A stretch of DNA of 64,000 nt from Balanoglossus misakiensis (GCA_040954595.2 CM082577.2:3491703-3555702); one strand, 5' to 3'; shown: positions 48,796 through 63,946, numbered from the stretch's first letter. Program-made: numbers and translations. Notes: a model not told the origin generated them from the sequence alone.

Positions 48796-51700
48796 ATGGC
48801 CAGAAGCACAGTGTCTTCATCAGATTTGGATCTCAGTTTGACTGGCTCACAGCTTTCATCCAAACGTCCAAATTCGGCTACTAAATCAAGACCAACCTCA
48901 AGTTCTGGCAGAAGACACGGATCAGCTGTGAGTATTTGCGCTTTTGCTGGTCTTTATCCAAGTCTAAGAATGCCCCAAATGTCAAAAGTCCTGTAGTTTA
49001 GCTTCAAAAGAGGTCTGACATGACTACTGCTGTATTTTATTCAGATCTGATCCATTTTCTTGAAATTTGTCGACAGAGAGGTGCGAACGGTCCAGTAGGT
49101 GCAGCTGGTGGTGATGCGACCAGACCTAAACACAAAAGAGGTAATGTTCTTTCAGCTTGCAATCTAACACATCCCAGTGTAACAAGGACAGGCAAATGTT
49201 TGGCCGAAATTTAAGAGTGTTCATCAGTATTTCATATACTGATATATGAAATGCAAAGAAATGCAAAGAAATACTGTATTCAGTGAAATATTGAGATATT
49301 TTTGACAACTTTCAGGCGGGAGTCACAACCCACAGTTGAGTCAAAGAAGTAACAGTGCAGAAGGTGTGTCTGGAAAAGCTTCTCGAAAACCCCAGAGATC
49401 GGCCAGGTGAGTCATTTCTTGTAATTCAGTGTGTAACAGTAAGTTGCTCCCACAATAACAAAAAAGTGGAACCTTGCTAAGTCATGTGTGTTAGGAGTCA
49501 TTGTGAGAAACTATGGTTAGTTAGTTGGAGTCGAGAGTCATAACACAACTTGGGACTTGGTCAAAGCCACAGCTTAGTGCTAGTCCACTTTCACTGAGAT
49601 GTGTATTCTGATTTCTGTCTACAGCAATGATGATTTTCTAGCATTGTTTGACAGCAGTCACCAACCGGTCATCAAGACAACCAAGAAAGAAAACAAACCG
49701 TCACCCAACGCAGTCAAAGTCTTGTGGGACCCTGTGAGTAACTGCTACAATTTTGCAAGATGGGATGAATTAAACTAGAAAGTTTACTTTTTGGACATAA
49801 AGTATGGCGTGATCTACAACAGTTAGCTTGTTCTTTCCTGGTCATTTTCGTGATAGTTAAGTCTCTTGTGCTACCCAGTGTTGTCGGATTGCTAACTAGT
49901 GTTTTCTCTCTGACTTCAGCCATCAGCGAGAGCGTTTCCGATTCCGTCCAGTGCCCGCAGCACCAGCACAACCGACTCCTCGCCGCTGAACAGAACCAGA
50001 GGTCAGACAGGGCCGGCCGCCCGGCACGAGCAGCAGCTGAACAGTGAGCGTGACATCGCCAGCAAGAGATCCCCGGTGTCGCAGAGCTACACCACCACCA
50101 CAAACATTCTGAGGACCTCCAACACCAACAGAGACGCTTTCAATCCAAATTTTGCCCCGACTGCAAACAACGGCGCAATCCTCCGACCCAATAACACGCA
50201 GTCGAACCCATCACCCGCTTCCAGAAGCGGAAATAAGTCGTCATCGGCGTCGTCGCCGCAGAGTCAGAATTCTGTGGTGGAGGACTACATCACAACTGTG
50301 AACAGAGCCGCCAGCACAATACAGAGGGCGTACAGAGAGTATTCGGAGCGAAAAGCAATGGACGGGGAGGAGGAGATTAGGAGACTTTTAGCAAATAAGA
50401 AACGAGAGAAAGAGGAGCAAATGAAAAGGGAACATGAAAACATGAACAGTGTGTTCGATTCGCAGAAACGTTCTGAGGACGAACGGAAAAGACAGCGGGA
50501 TGAAAAGGCAAGGCAGGCCAGACAAGCTGCAATACAGGTAAGTCACCCGATGCCAATGGGGAAGTGTTGACCAATCACACCACTGGTGTTTCCCCATTGG
50601 CCTCTCTTTGAGTTCAAATTCATTATGGCTGTGTGAGGGCGGTAGACTTGTGAAAACGGGTGTATAGATCGTGACGGTTCATGATAATAATGGATTGACC
50701 CACTGTTACTTGTTTGTGTAGCTTGTACGATTCTTCACATATTATCTAAGTTGTTGTTTCCATAGCCAGATACAGCCTGTGCTTACGAGATTTTGGCAGT
50801 GAGGTGCTAAATTTGCTAACCTTGGCTTGTCTTGGGCTAACCCAAAGTTGACTCAGTGAGAAATATTAGTTCTGATAACGCCCCCACGTTGGTTTGTAGG
50901 AGCTGCAGAAGAAGAGGGAAAGCAAAAGACAAGACGTGAAGGAAACAGCCGAGAAAGAAATCTCATATTTACAGGCCAGCGGTAAAATCACCAAGAAGCC
51001 CCTGGCGGCGGCGGCTAGGACTCAGAACAGACCCAGGACTGGCAGCAGTGCCAGTAGTGGTGCTGGCAGTGGCGCCAAGAGGAAAACAAACAGGAATATG
51101 AAGTTGGCGTTGGATGTCGATTCTGAGAATGAGTCAGTGCCGTCGAGCAGACCGGCTACGGCCAGTAGTGTGAGCAGAAAGGTGGATAAAATGTTTGAGG
51201 TGAGAATGATGATGGTGTTTAGCTTTCAAAGAGAGGCTTCACTTGAGACTGTGAGTTTATTCAAAAGTACAGCAAAATGTGCACCAGGACACTTGCATGT
51301 AGCAATCACTGTTTCTTACACCCCTGCCATTGTTTTTCGTTCAGCTATACATTTTCCAACTGAACATTTACAAAGCAAAATGGCAAATCTCACCTTGCAG
51401 GACTCCACAGTACACAATGAGAACACTGGTAGCAATGCAGAGGAAGGGGCCAGTGGAGTGGACGCAACCGGTTCAGCCGCCACCAAGACGACGCTGAACG
51501 ATCTTCTGGCCACGATCAAAATGCTCGAGGAACCGGAAGAGCTACCGGATGCGGAAAAGAAGAAAGAGAAACCAAAACCAGATTGGTGTAAGTTTGTTGA
51601 CATTGTTGTATTTAGTATTTCTATTTTAGATTCGCTTCAGTTGGGGTTTCGTGGTCCCAGTTATTCTGTACCATTGACTTATGGTAACAATGAGAATATG

Positions 51701-54700
51701 TGTGTGAGTCTTTTTATATCAGTGAAATTGGTCTTTTTTTTTAATGTACTGATTGGTGGGTGTGGCTGGCATATTAATTAATGAAATTTTCTTTTTGATG
51801 TGGTCATCGACAGTGGAAATGCTTGAGAAGGACGACAGTGAGGACGGACTGGAAGAGAAGAAGAACTCGGAAGTATACCTGTCGACGGAAAAACTGGACC
51901 GGTTCAACAATGCCAGAAAACCCGGAAAGTCAGCTGCTGCTGCTGGAAGTACAGATCCACTGAGTAAATACGGCAAAAACGCTCTACTCACGGAAGACAA
52001 ACTCAGGTGAGTGGGTACACCACAAGACATCTTCACCATGTCTCTGTGTGCTTCTGTTCTGTGTTTGAGAAAAGTTCCTATGTTTGCCTGTGGGGTTGTG
52101 TTTTGTCTTTCTCTCGTGATTTTATGGGCAATGGGTGATTCCATTTCTTAAAAACATTGTGGTTAGGGGAGTGAGCAAAGAGATACATCCTTACGGTAAG
52201 GCCTGGCAGGTAGGTTATTACTACTTCTACTTTAGTCCAAATTTCATTTTTTGTGCTTGAAATTTAAAAACACCCTGTTCAACAGAGATTCTTATTTCTC
52301 CACTTACGCAGAAGCATCATGTCCTTCTTGGATGAAGTAGAAAAAGCTGATGATGAATCGGACAATGAAGACAGCAAGGTAGGGACAACAAGATGGTTAT
52401 ACTGCATGCATACGTATTTGACAAAAAGCATGCAAAATACATTGAAATACAGTGCGAAATATATACATGACCCCAATCTTTTTGTCCTTACCCCCAGCTG
52501 ATTGATCCCAGCACCAACCCAGCACTTCTAGTTCCCACCACTGAGGAGCTGGCCAAAATGGAGCAGGCGTCGGCAGCTGCGTCCGAGGTGACCAACACAG
52601 TACTCTCACAGAAATTGGAGTTGGAAGAGAAGGGGAGAAGTGTCAAGATGTTACAGAAAGCTTTGGTGAGTGGACGAAATAATATGGTTTGTAATATTCC
52701 AGCTTGATTGCTTAAATTTGGGGATTGTCCCTCTGTCATTTACCTGAAATCGAAATGCAGTGTTTGTATTGGACATGAGAGAAATGTTACATTTGATTTC
52801 CTACTTCTTTTTTGACCACAGAATCAACAACGTGAGTTAACAGTGAGACATGCCAAGGAGCAAGACAGAGAAATGAAGCAGAGATTGGCCTTGCAGAAAG
52901 ATGAATATGAAACCACCGTGAAGAGACATCTCTCGTTTATTGATCAGGTCAGTGTCAACTGTCATTTGGGGAAGTCGCATGTACCGTCGTAAAATTTCAA
53001 TCATAAAAGCAGCTGGCGGAGTTGGTGAGGTTGCGAGCCTAATCGTATGCTATTTGATCACTTCTTTTTAACTGAAATATGCTGAAACTGACAAGTTCTC
53101 TGTGTTCCTCCCCCCTCCACTCTCCATCACAGCTGATTGATGATAAGAAAGCCCTCAGTGAGAAGTACGACAGGGTGGTGACTGAATTGAAACAACTAGA
53201 CAGGAAATACACGACAAAGCTCAAACAGATGGAAGAAGAGTAAGTTACGCAATACAATTTCTGAATTGTCCTCACTGTGGGATAGAATAGTAATGACTGT
53301 TCGATTATCGGTTTTCTTTTCTATGAACTTAATTTAAACTAGACCAATGATCTTAATAGACAGGATTGACCATTTTCTTCCTGCCCTTGCTTTCTTCTCA
53401 GCCATTCCCAGGAATTGAAGAAGACAAAGGAGGTGCATGCAGCAGCCGAGAAAATCAGAAGAGAGAAATGGATCGATGAGAAGACCAAGAAGATCAAGGT
53501 TAGTGTTATCACAAACTGTGGTGCCTTCTTTCACACTGTGCTTCCATTTTGCATACTGTGGTGTCTTGAAAGTTGTTGACTATCAAATTGACAGGTGCCC
53601 ACCCAAGAAAACCAATAACTCATGGATGGAATTTTATGTCATCGTTTGTTCGCAGGAAATCACTGTCAAGGGCCTGGAGCCGGAAATCCAGAGACTCATC
53701 GCCAAGCACAAGGCGGAGATTAAGAAGATCAAGACCATACATGAAGCAGAACTGTTGCAAGGTGAAGAGAGGGCCGGGCAGAAATACATCAAGCACATTG
53801 AAGAACTGAGAGATCAGTTAGCTGAAGAGAAAGAGTCGGCTTGCAATAGGGAACGGGAACAAGCAAAGCAGAGGTTGGTTATAGATATCTTTCTATTGGG
53901 GGGGGGTGTATGTGGTTTTTGCATTAGAGAGTGGATCACTGGTGGTTTTGGTTGTGTGTTATTTTATTTTGCAACCTGAAAACTTTCTTGACCCTTGACC
54001 CTCCAGATACGAGAAACAGCTTGAGCAAGAAGAGTCCGCATTCCAGCAGCAGAGGCGTCGACTCTATGCCGAGATTCAAGACGAGAAGGACAGGCTCGCA
54101 GAGCAGTCCAGGCGGCAGAAACAAGAACTGGACAGACTACAGATCCGTATGGAAGACAACAACAGAAAGGCTCTAGAGACAATGAGACATGAATATGAGA
54201 AAAACAGAGAGGAGGCCGATCGCAGACACACTGTAAGTTTTGACGTGCTAAACAGATTTTATCAAAATGTCTTGAGACCAGCAAGAATGTGTCCAGGACC
54301 AGTTTTGTCATGACTGATTGATATTTGAAGCAATGTTGCTGATAAAAACTCTGCAGATTCTCTGCCACCTCTATTCATACATTTGCTGAAAAGTAACATC
54401 TGCTGGGAACAGAAAATAGTTTGCAATGTGTGAATAATCTAATCTACCACGGTAATATCTGTTGATTAATTTTGTCACAGTCTGAAGTCAGGGAACTGGA
54501 AGAGAGACTCAAAGTTGAGAAGGAGGCCTGGGAGGAGAACTACATGAAGAAACAGGTGAGTAGTTTGAAAATGGTTGGATTTTGTTCAACCACTCTCATG
54601 TACAATTCATATTTTTGTTTGGTAAAAAAGTACAGTGTATAGTGGGCTTTGCTGGCAGAAGCTTTCACCAAAACATATCACAGAAACAACAATTCTCACT

Positions 54701-56101
54701 ATCTGATGGAGTATGTACGGTCCTGTCTTTGCGTCCTGTAGGAGACTTGGTTGCTCGCCAAGGAGAGGGACTTGAAGGAGAACGTACGGCGAGACCGAGA
54801 CAAGGAGATCGAGCTAGTCATACAGAGGTTAGAAGATGACAACATAGCTGCCAGGGATGAATGCGAAAGAGCCGCAGAAAACAGAGTGAAGTGAGTTAAG
54901 CTTGGATTTCATCGGAGATAGTTTAGAGATGGTGACTTCTTCATTTGTGGCTTCAGAACGAGCAGAACACTGCTGACATCAAAACATTCTGTGAAAACTA
55001 ACATTTTCATTTCCTCACAGACGAATCCGAGACAAGTACGAAGCAGAGCTGCGGGAAGTTGAAAGGTCAGAGAGGAATACGCAGGAGAGACTGAATGAGG
55101 TCAAGGCCAAGTTGGGAGACGTGGAGGGGGAAAACATCCGACTTCGAGGTCTGCTTAATCAGAAAGAACAAGAGGTGGAAGACATCAAAGAGGTAAGTAT
55201 CAGGTTTATCTTATTTTATGCTATTTTACAACTGGTACTCACCAGCAGGCAATATTATATTTTACAATGGATGCCTGTCATTAGGCAGTGTTTTGGATCA
55301 CTATGCAGCGTCTTGGAAGGTCCGATCTCTTAGGTTACAGTTCATGTATCTGTGCACCTGTTCCGCACCTGTGTGAAGGAGTTGGCCACTCAGAAAAAAA
55401 AGTGTGAGATCCTTTCACAATCAGTTCTGTTTCAAAACTAGCAGTAAGAGTTACAACTGAAAATCATCAGTATGCAACACCTTTGTTTTGTAACAGATTC
55501 TCAAGAGCCAGCAATATTTTATTGCATGACTGGAATTTATGAGATCTCTCTCTCTATTTCTGAATGATTTGTGTAACTATTTTTGACACTCAATTCTTTA
55601 CAGGAATGTGACAGATTAAACAGAGAAAGGAAGAATGTACAAGACGTGGTGAGACAAGAGTTTGCCGACCGACTTGTGGAAACGGAGGAGGAGAATAGGA
55701 GGGTGAAAACGGAGATGTCGGAGATGAGAGCCAGACACAAACTGGAAATTGAACGGATACAGAGGGAGAAAGAGGAAGAGATGCAAGAAGTGCATACTAG
55801 GTGCTTATAGAATTTCTGTGGAATTTAATATAATTCCTATGGATGACTTTAGATTTCTATGCAGTTGTTGATCCTTTTTTTCTATTGAATTCTATGAGCT
55901 GTTCGTCCTAGACACAGTTAAAAAATCTTTCATATGTTTCTTTTTTTTTTGTACGAACATAGAGTCAAACAAGCCATTGTTAAGAAGGAAGAAACAGTGA
56001 CGCAGTTAAAACAGCAACACGCAGCAGCTGTCAAGAGAGCGGATCACCTAGAGTCTTTACTGGAACAACAAAGAAAACAATTGCTACATCTCAAGAAGTG
56101 A
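48796..56101 (+). CDS. CEP131: Centrosomal protein of 131 kDa (AZI1), ~19 coding exons
   Basis: N-terminal DLDLSLTGSQ; IQ motif AASTIQRAYREY; REEKARxAR..AIQEL-like segment; coiled coils with RHLSFIDQLIDDKK.L.EK, AAEKIRREKWIDEKTKKIKEITVKGLEPEIQRLIAKHK, RDKEIELVIQRLE, VVRQEFADRL, C-terminal RVKQAIVKKEE...KRADHLESLLEQQRKQLL. Approximate exons: 48796-48927, 49316-49406, 49624-49733, 49920-50537, 50900-51199, 51401-51586, 51814-52006, 52312-52378, 52498-52665, 52822-52947, 53132-53239, 53402-53498, 53656-53873, 54007-54232, 54481-54555, 54742-54891, 55021-55192, 55604-55800, 55963-56101. Confidence 0.95.
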
Positions 56102-59100
56102 CCCCCGATCTCGAAATGACAGAACCATGGGGATCTTCACAAGCATGCAGTGGATAGTGTCGTGTATATTTCATGTACATTTCATGATGAATGCAATGCA
56201 AACCAAATAACACACAAACCGCTCTCACACAAGATGCGGATTCCGGTACACCCAAAGATTTTTTTTTCACACTTTGAAGACTGTTGCCGTCTTGTGCCAA
56301 GACAGACTTTAAGGCGTTCTTAGAGGAAACTTTAACACTCCCATATCCTGTACTCTGCTGTACCATGCTTATACCTTCCCACTTGTTATTTCTCAATGGG
56401 AAAAATTCCATGATGTCTGCCACGCAGTGAGAGACTGTGTGGAACCAACTTTAATCAGAAAAAAAACAGCATTTAGAATTAAGAGAACTCCCAGGGTTCC
56501 AGCATATTTTTTCGTCTCCAGGTAGCTAAGCGACAGATTTTAAATTTCTCACAGCTTGTACTGATTACCAAAAAGGTCAGTGGTACGACAGACAAACGAT
56601 AGAGGTTACACATTATTTCCATGTTCACTTTACATGCAAGAGTCGCCCAAAATAATGGTGACCAAATTGAACTGATATGAACTCTTTTTAATAAATCTAC
56701 ATTCAGTGATGCACACTGTCCAGTAACTGAACTTCCAGATAATTGCAATGCAATTAACAGAGAACAAAATTTGATTTGTAGATATTTACTTGATTTTTTT
56801 TACCAATAACATTTTTATGTGAGCGACAAATGGGTAGAGATCAGTACTACCTCATAACAATGATTGTAACAAATAATTGTCATCAGTGATTTGAAGACCA
56901 TGAAATTGTACTATGTAAATTTTATGTTCATACACTGAAACTAGCACCTGCAAAAAATGGCAGATCAGTGTCCCTACATACTAGTATACAGCAGTCAAGA
57001 ATCAATCTGTTGCCAGTCTGTAGGTTTTGATTGTAATACAGACTAACACAGATTTTACTTTTTACTCAAACCACTATCAACACCAGGAACTAACTATTCA
57101 GAGCAGTAACAACTTTTTTTAGCCATGTTTAATGTCTGTATATAAGAAATATGTCTGTAAAAATTTGGTGCCCTGTCCAACTTTGTGGACTGATCAATTT
57201 TTTTCTGTGTCAAACACATTAATTTGCCCAATCAGAGGAGCTACACAATAAAGCAAGATTCTAACTTGGAAATTTGACATCCTTTCTTTTCTTTCATACT
57301 CCGTACCCTTTTATGGGTGCTGCTATCATGTTCAATATGTGTGGATAGTATGTGTGTAGTGTCATGTGGGGGTACCATGGTATTAGGTTGGACCTTTAAA
57401 TAGGGAACTCTTGATACTGTGCATGCTTGATGTTGATGCAGTGTGTGGTACTGCTTCTGGGATCAAGGTATATCACCCAGTTACCGATGGCCTGTGGGTC
57501 CAGCAAAAACCTCAAAGCTAACTTGATAATAGAATATTGCAAGGATACATGGACACTAAAAATGACAACACACATTGCAAAGATGCCATTCTATATATTT
57601 TTAATTTAATTAGGATAAATAACTGATTCATCATCTTACATTTCAAATAAAACTGATAACACAACCAGAGGAATAGATTAGATTAGACTAGAACAGAATA
57701 CATACACTGAAGTCTTTACCCCAGAACAATAACAGCAACCGGGCTGAAATCACCGAGACTGCACTGATTTGACATCTGGCTTTCGCAAACAATTTCACTA
57801 AAAGGGAAGGGATGATTCCCCATGGAGCTCTTTTTTTAAATAACCATTCTGTCAACACAACAATGGTATTGTCCACAGCAAACAATTTTTTACTCTACAA
57901 CAATATTTTTCTCTGTCTTTGTGACCATAGCATTTTCTACTGTTATGAAACTCAAACTTGAGATACAGCAAGCACCACTCTAAAAATAAATATTTCCAAG
58001 AGATAAAAGTTAAAGAGACGAGGAATGGCAAAAACGTATGTCTAGAGTAGATCACAAATTTTTTGACCTCATATTCATCAAAAAACAAACATATCTTTTA
58101 TTATCTTCTCGCTTTTTGAATGCTAAACTGAAACCACTTTCAGATATGCAGTGAATACTATGGACCACTGCCATCACTGCCAACTGGATAGAGAGAAGAA
58201 AAAATAAGTACCCTGCACCACTGAATTTAGCACTCCTTCCCATAATTCATCACTTCCCACTCTGCAGTTTCAATACGAAGACTCCCCCTCTAGTAAGCAT
58301 TCTGACAGCACATTACACTAATAGTTCCTCTATGTACATTCAAACCCTGTCTCTTTTTAAATTTCTATACAGGACCAAACAAAGTATACTTTTCAGTGAC
58401 TAAGATACCAGTAAACCAAATCAGTTTGAAAGGTCAATGCCCTAACATAGAACTAGTATACTATAATGTAAAGACAGGAAAATACAAGAACAGAGAAGAG
58501 AAACAGTTTTGTTATCACAGTAACTTAATAAACAGTACACTTAGAGACCCATTCACTGTCATTTTCATTATGATTTCGTTTTGCATTGTTGGCAGTGGTA
58601 GGGTGGTACTGAGTAAAGTCCTTCTAAGTCTTTGGAATGAATTTTCCCATATTGCACTTCTTTCCTTCCCATGAACTCCTCTCAATGACCTTCTCATGAC
58701 CTTTGAACTCTTATGCTAATCAGATATTATACTCTACCAACTGTTTGACATACAAGCAAACTCAGATTTACAGAAATAAATAGTTTTACGATTTGCAAGT
58801 TTTTTCACACCACCCCACTGCACCCAGATACTTTTTTGTGCATGACAAAAATTTATGTCATGTGACTTGCATTTGACCAATCAAAAGAACAAAATAAGCC
58901 TTTTCATTATAATTAAGATATGAATGCAACATTAAAATATACAGAGAATGATAACAGCAATACTAATAAATGATTTTTTTCTATTTTCATTTCAAGACAA
59001 GTATGTGGAATTAATAGTCCTTTTTTCAGAACCAGTCACAATTCACACTATATTGGATAATTTTGATTAAATGACCAAACAATCTGGATTTACATATAGT

Positions 59101-61058
59101 CAAAGTATATTAATTCTTTACTTCAATGGTTTACACTATTTTCCTCACAGATAATTGATATATAAATTTGGATCCAGATTTGGGGGAGTGGTTGTTCTGA
59201 ATTAAACTCAAAACTTGGTCACAGAGAACCACACTATGAAGTCTGAACATATATTTCACACAAAAAAACTTTGGTGGGGAAGAAATGACAAGTGATGGGG
59301 CCAAATACAAACGTAACAACATTACTATATCATTTAAAAACACAAAAAATACTGGGAGAACTGATCAGAATCCAGTACGTACTTGCCCACAGATATATAT
59401 GTGGTGGCATCATTTCGTTGAAGGCTCATGCTTGCATTTTCAGTATATATAATAATAAACATCAAACTTGCCGCTACATTTTATTATGATATCCCAGTTT
59501 GGGCACGCAGACTATCATGACTATGGATGGCCTAATCAACATCTAGTCCATCACGGACATGCCTATTCAGAGTTATATACTTGCTGAAGTCTGCACATCT
59601 CACTTCTCTGATAAACCAGTGATAAACCTGAGATATGTCATTTTTTTCAAAGTTCTTCCAACTCCTAGTTTTGAAGGCAAACGACCCTCTCACACACATC
59701 GCCGATTTGATGCATCCAACATGGCTACCAAAGTTTACAGAGTCTACCCCCCCCCAAAAAAAATACATGTATTGCTACTCGAATATCCTACAATCTACAA
59801 ATATGAGTTTGACGACACGTGACTATAATTATGTACATACATTTTTTTTTATGTTTGAGAATAGGGGACCTACATCACCATCTACATATGAACACAATCT
59901 ATTTACAAAATGCTACTATACCACAATTTTTTTAAAGTGAATTTTTTTTGTCAATAGCAGCCTTCAGAGATCTTCGCTTTTCTCTTGTCTGTGTTGTTTC
60001 TTCACACACGCTGGATTTCAAACAATTTCACGTCGGTATCGTACCACACTGGGGGGTCCACATTCCTTCAAGGTCAAAGGTCAGAGATCAGGGTTCAAAG
60101 TTCAGCATCAAGATGCACTCGTCAAATCAAAGGCATGAATGATTTTTTTTAAAATCTGAAAACTATGTACAAAGTAGCCACTAGAAATAAATACACTGAT
60201 CCAGCATCTACCTCCGCAATTAACAAGCAAGGTAAAATAGTAATATGCAGAAAAGTTATGGTCTTTGATCTTTATGATTATTTTAACAACTGGTTGTTCA
60301 TTTCCGTTTTTAGTGATCAAACGTGGACGACAGACTTTGTCAAATATTATTGCAATGTGATACACACTGATATTTTACAGAAAGTGAATTTGAGTCCAAA
60401 AAAAACCCAGTGATGGCGACAGAAATTCAAATACTGAACACATGGGTGATGGAAAATTACTTACACTGTGGTTAAACCAGGATCAAATGGGTAAATCTCC
60501 ACAACTGATTATATACATGGTTAGCAGTTATATTACAAAAGTACACATTTTAAATAATTATAGATATTTCGTCATTTTAGGCCAAAGACCATGACTTTTC
60601 TGAGGCTAACAAAATGACTTAAAGTTACCACAAATTCACTCGCAATTTTTGAAATGCATATCAATGGGGCAGATTTCATGGAGAGCATTGCTTTGAGTTT
60701 GTAACTGGCAGAACACAGCACTCATCCAAAAGGATTCTGGGATTTGGACAACACATGTGATGATCATGTGATCATAATGTGATCAGCACGTGCACATCAC
60801 ATGATCAGAGTGTGCTCAACATGTGACTGGCATATTGCCAATCCTCCATTTGTTTTTCAACAGACTCCAAAGAGATGAAAACTGTCCCCATTGTGCTCAT
60901 GATTTCAAAAAGATACGAGTGAAAAATATAAATAATAGTAAAAAAACACAATCATTGAAAAACAAAATGCAGATACTAGAAACCAGTCAGCACAGTACAG
61001 TATTGACTGAGGACATCACGGTACGACACCAGCAGGACAAGGCTAGTCAACATTAGCA

Positions 61059-63946
61059 TTATGAGTCCTTCATGTCTTTGACTCTCTGGACCTCAAAGAG
61101 TTTGACGTCTGTGTCATACCAGATCGGTGGATCTATATTCCTGTGATTCAAAACAAAAGAGTCAGGAGAGAAAGTAGGTGATGACGGTTATCCAGGATAC
61201 AGTCACACACAAAAATTCTGCAGGATCACACCTCACAGTAATGGCGCTCTAATCTTCTCGCTTCTGCCAAGACGTTCAGGGATCACCTGACTACACTTCT
61301 GTGAAAAACGTACACTAACTACATTTTATGGCCAAATCTTAGTAAACAACTAAATTTGAGAATCTACAAGGTCCATTGGAGGGGGGAGTCTACTCGAGAA
61401 AAGAATTTGTAGTTCAGGGTGAGACTATTAAGATCTGTCAGAAAATTATTTCACAAACTAGTCCCTAATCAACGCAGGCATTATTATTTCCAAGATTCTA
61501 CAACACTAAGAACTAGTTACTCAGATAAAGAATATTTTCATTATAGTTTACTAATCTCATCTAAAAGATAGCAAAATACAAATCTAAACTACAAGCATTC
61601 CAACACAAAAAATACACGTAACTGTATCTTGTAAAACGGATAATGAAAATGCAATGATTATCCAAAAATGAACTATTTTCCTATTTAAAAAAAAATTGTT
61701 TCTGTGAACAGTCTGTTTGTGGGTGATGTTTGTGTTGATGATACTGAAGTCTATCCCTGGGATACCATCTCACCTTTACCTTACCATAATTTACAACCTG
61801 AAATCAATTACAATAACTACAACCTCACTTTTTTTAATCCCAAAAATGTGTTGATAAGGGGAAAAGATGGGTCTAGGGGAGAGAGGGGTAGTGCCCAGGT
61901 CAAATTATACTTTAGAAATGATGGGTCCCTCTAACCATACCCAGAACACCCCTCTTCAAAAAATTACCAAAAACCAGAAAAAAAAAAGAAAATGGCGGCA
62001 GACTACTTTGGAGACTGAGCATGCTCAGAGGTGTCAACTACTCCCATGATGCTTCACTCTCAAAAAGAGGAAATATTAGTACAGAAACGGACGGTTAGCA
62101 TCAGCTTTCACAACATGCTCTGTGGAAGATGTCTGAAAATGAAACTTGTTTGTGAGTTGAAACGAAAAAGGACAAATTAAAACAAACAGATGATAGCATT
62201 AAACATTAAAGTAACAAAATATTAAATGAACAGTAAGTATGTTAAGTATGTTATAATTTTATAAACAACACTGTGAAATAAAAATAATGTCTGGATGTTA
62301 AATAAATATTGGTAAATAAAAACAAGTGATGAGATTGACAGAGTGTTACAAGTCAGTATGTTAATAAGACAGTGACAGTGAGTGAGTGAGATGCGAGAAT
62401 CTTTTGAAGATGACACTTAATGTCACATTATTGCAAGAGGACAAAACAAGTTTGTTATAAAAGTTTGTTATATTTTGCCACCCTGACGTAATATAATTGA
62501 TTTAAATAATGCTCCTGCAATAATGTGATATCAAGTGACAAAAGATTCTCAATTTTTACAAGTCTGGAAGGAAAAATCAAACTTAAACAGTAAAAGAAGA
62601 TTAGAGAGCTGAGCGTGATCATGGATTGGGTGGAACTTCTGCAGGTATTTAGACCTAAAGAATGGGGTTTAACAATATATTTCATCATTAAAAACTAAAA
62701 ATTACACCTTGCCACCCCTTTGACACCTTTATTAATCAGCAAGTCCCATTGTTCCCCACTCAGGGTGACCACACTTCATGGGGATCAGAGGGGGTGCCTT
62801 TTGTGAGCTGAAAGCCAAACATTCTTAGGTGAATAGTGACACTGATTTGACATTAGACAGACTGATTTTAATACAGGACAATTTTGCACATTCAGCCTAT
62901 GAGCAGAGCGCCCTCAACATTTTTATTTTAATAGCAGTTTTATTCTTTTCAGTGAAACACACAGTGACACACACACACAAAGCAGCAAAACTGGTGTGAA
63001 GAACAAAAACGTACCTTAGATAGATGATTCCCCACATGTAAGTTCTAAACCACATGGTGGTGCCACTGTTAGCTTGGTATTTACGTATAAGAATCGGATG
63101 TGGTACAGGTAACAGTCCAACCAATGTGCCATGCTGTAGAAACTTCAGGATTTCGCTTTCATCTGTCAGACCCCTGTCAATTGCAAAGTTTTGAGAGATT
63201 TTATCTTATTTGTGCTGATGCACTCCCTCTCTTCAATCATTTGAGGCTCAATCCTTGCAGATAAATATTATTTGCAACACTACACCCATTCTTGTGCTAA
63301 CAGATCCAACAGTAAAAGTTGGATGAATGCCTGTGTTGATCAGATCTTTAGTTTCATTTTAGAGCGAGGATAGTCTTGTACACTCAATGTGCATGCCATG
63401 AAGTCACTCAATCGCTCTTCAAATCAGCAAAGATCAGTCTGAGGTGTTACGTACTTGTCGATGCATATTTTCTCTACTTGTGGCACCAACACTTGCAGGA
63501 GTCTCATGATGGTCTGAAGCGGTAATTTCTGTTTCCAAGATTGCACCTGCGGAGTAAAGACATCCAGAAGTCTTGACTTAGAGTTTCTCTTTTAATAAAC
63601 ATGTGATGCCAAAACAACCTTTGTACTCACATCATCACAAAGAGTTTCTTTGATGACAAATAAATCAACAGACAAATTTCTGTTTTGACTACCTCTGCCT
63701 AAACTCTCCCTACAGCTTCATCTTTCTACCACTTACCCATTCAGTAGTCGGTCTCCATGTCTCGCTGGCGTTGGAGCCCTGTCTCTTCAGCACACTCTGG
63801 CTGTTACCGATGCTGATGGGCGAATTTGGTGAAGTGGGACTGCCGACGGACATCGGTCTGGCAGCCACTGCGTTCCCGGCCGGAGGCTTGAACTCCTCAG
63901 CTGCCGAACTCTCAGTGTCACTCGCGCTGATTGGACCAACCCCAGC
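61059..63946 (-). CDS. HID1: HID1 domain-containing protein, last four coding exons; gene continues beyond the window
   Basis: Exons 63737-63946 (WRPTTEW), 63455-63546 (VQSWKQKLPLQTIMRLLQVLVPQVEKICIDK), 63015-63173 (GLTDESEILKFLQHGTLVGLLPVPHPILIRKYQANSGTTMWFRTYMWGIIYLR), 61059-61140 (NIDPPIWYDTDVKLFEVQRV...*), matching the HID1 C-terminus. Confidence 0.95.

Noticed and set aside
56102-61058. Short ORFs between CEP131 and HID1 as a hidden gene
   Set aside because: AT-rich UTR/intergenic sequence with no recognisable domain or coherent exon chain; 59530-59760 may be a repeat fragment, but its ends could not be defined.
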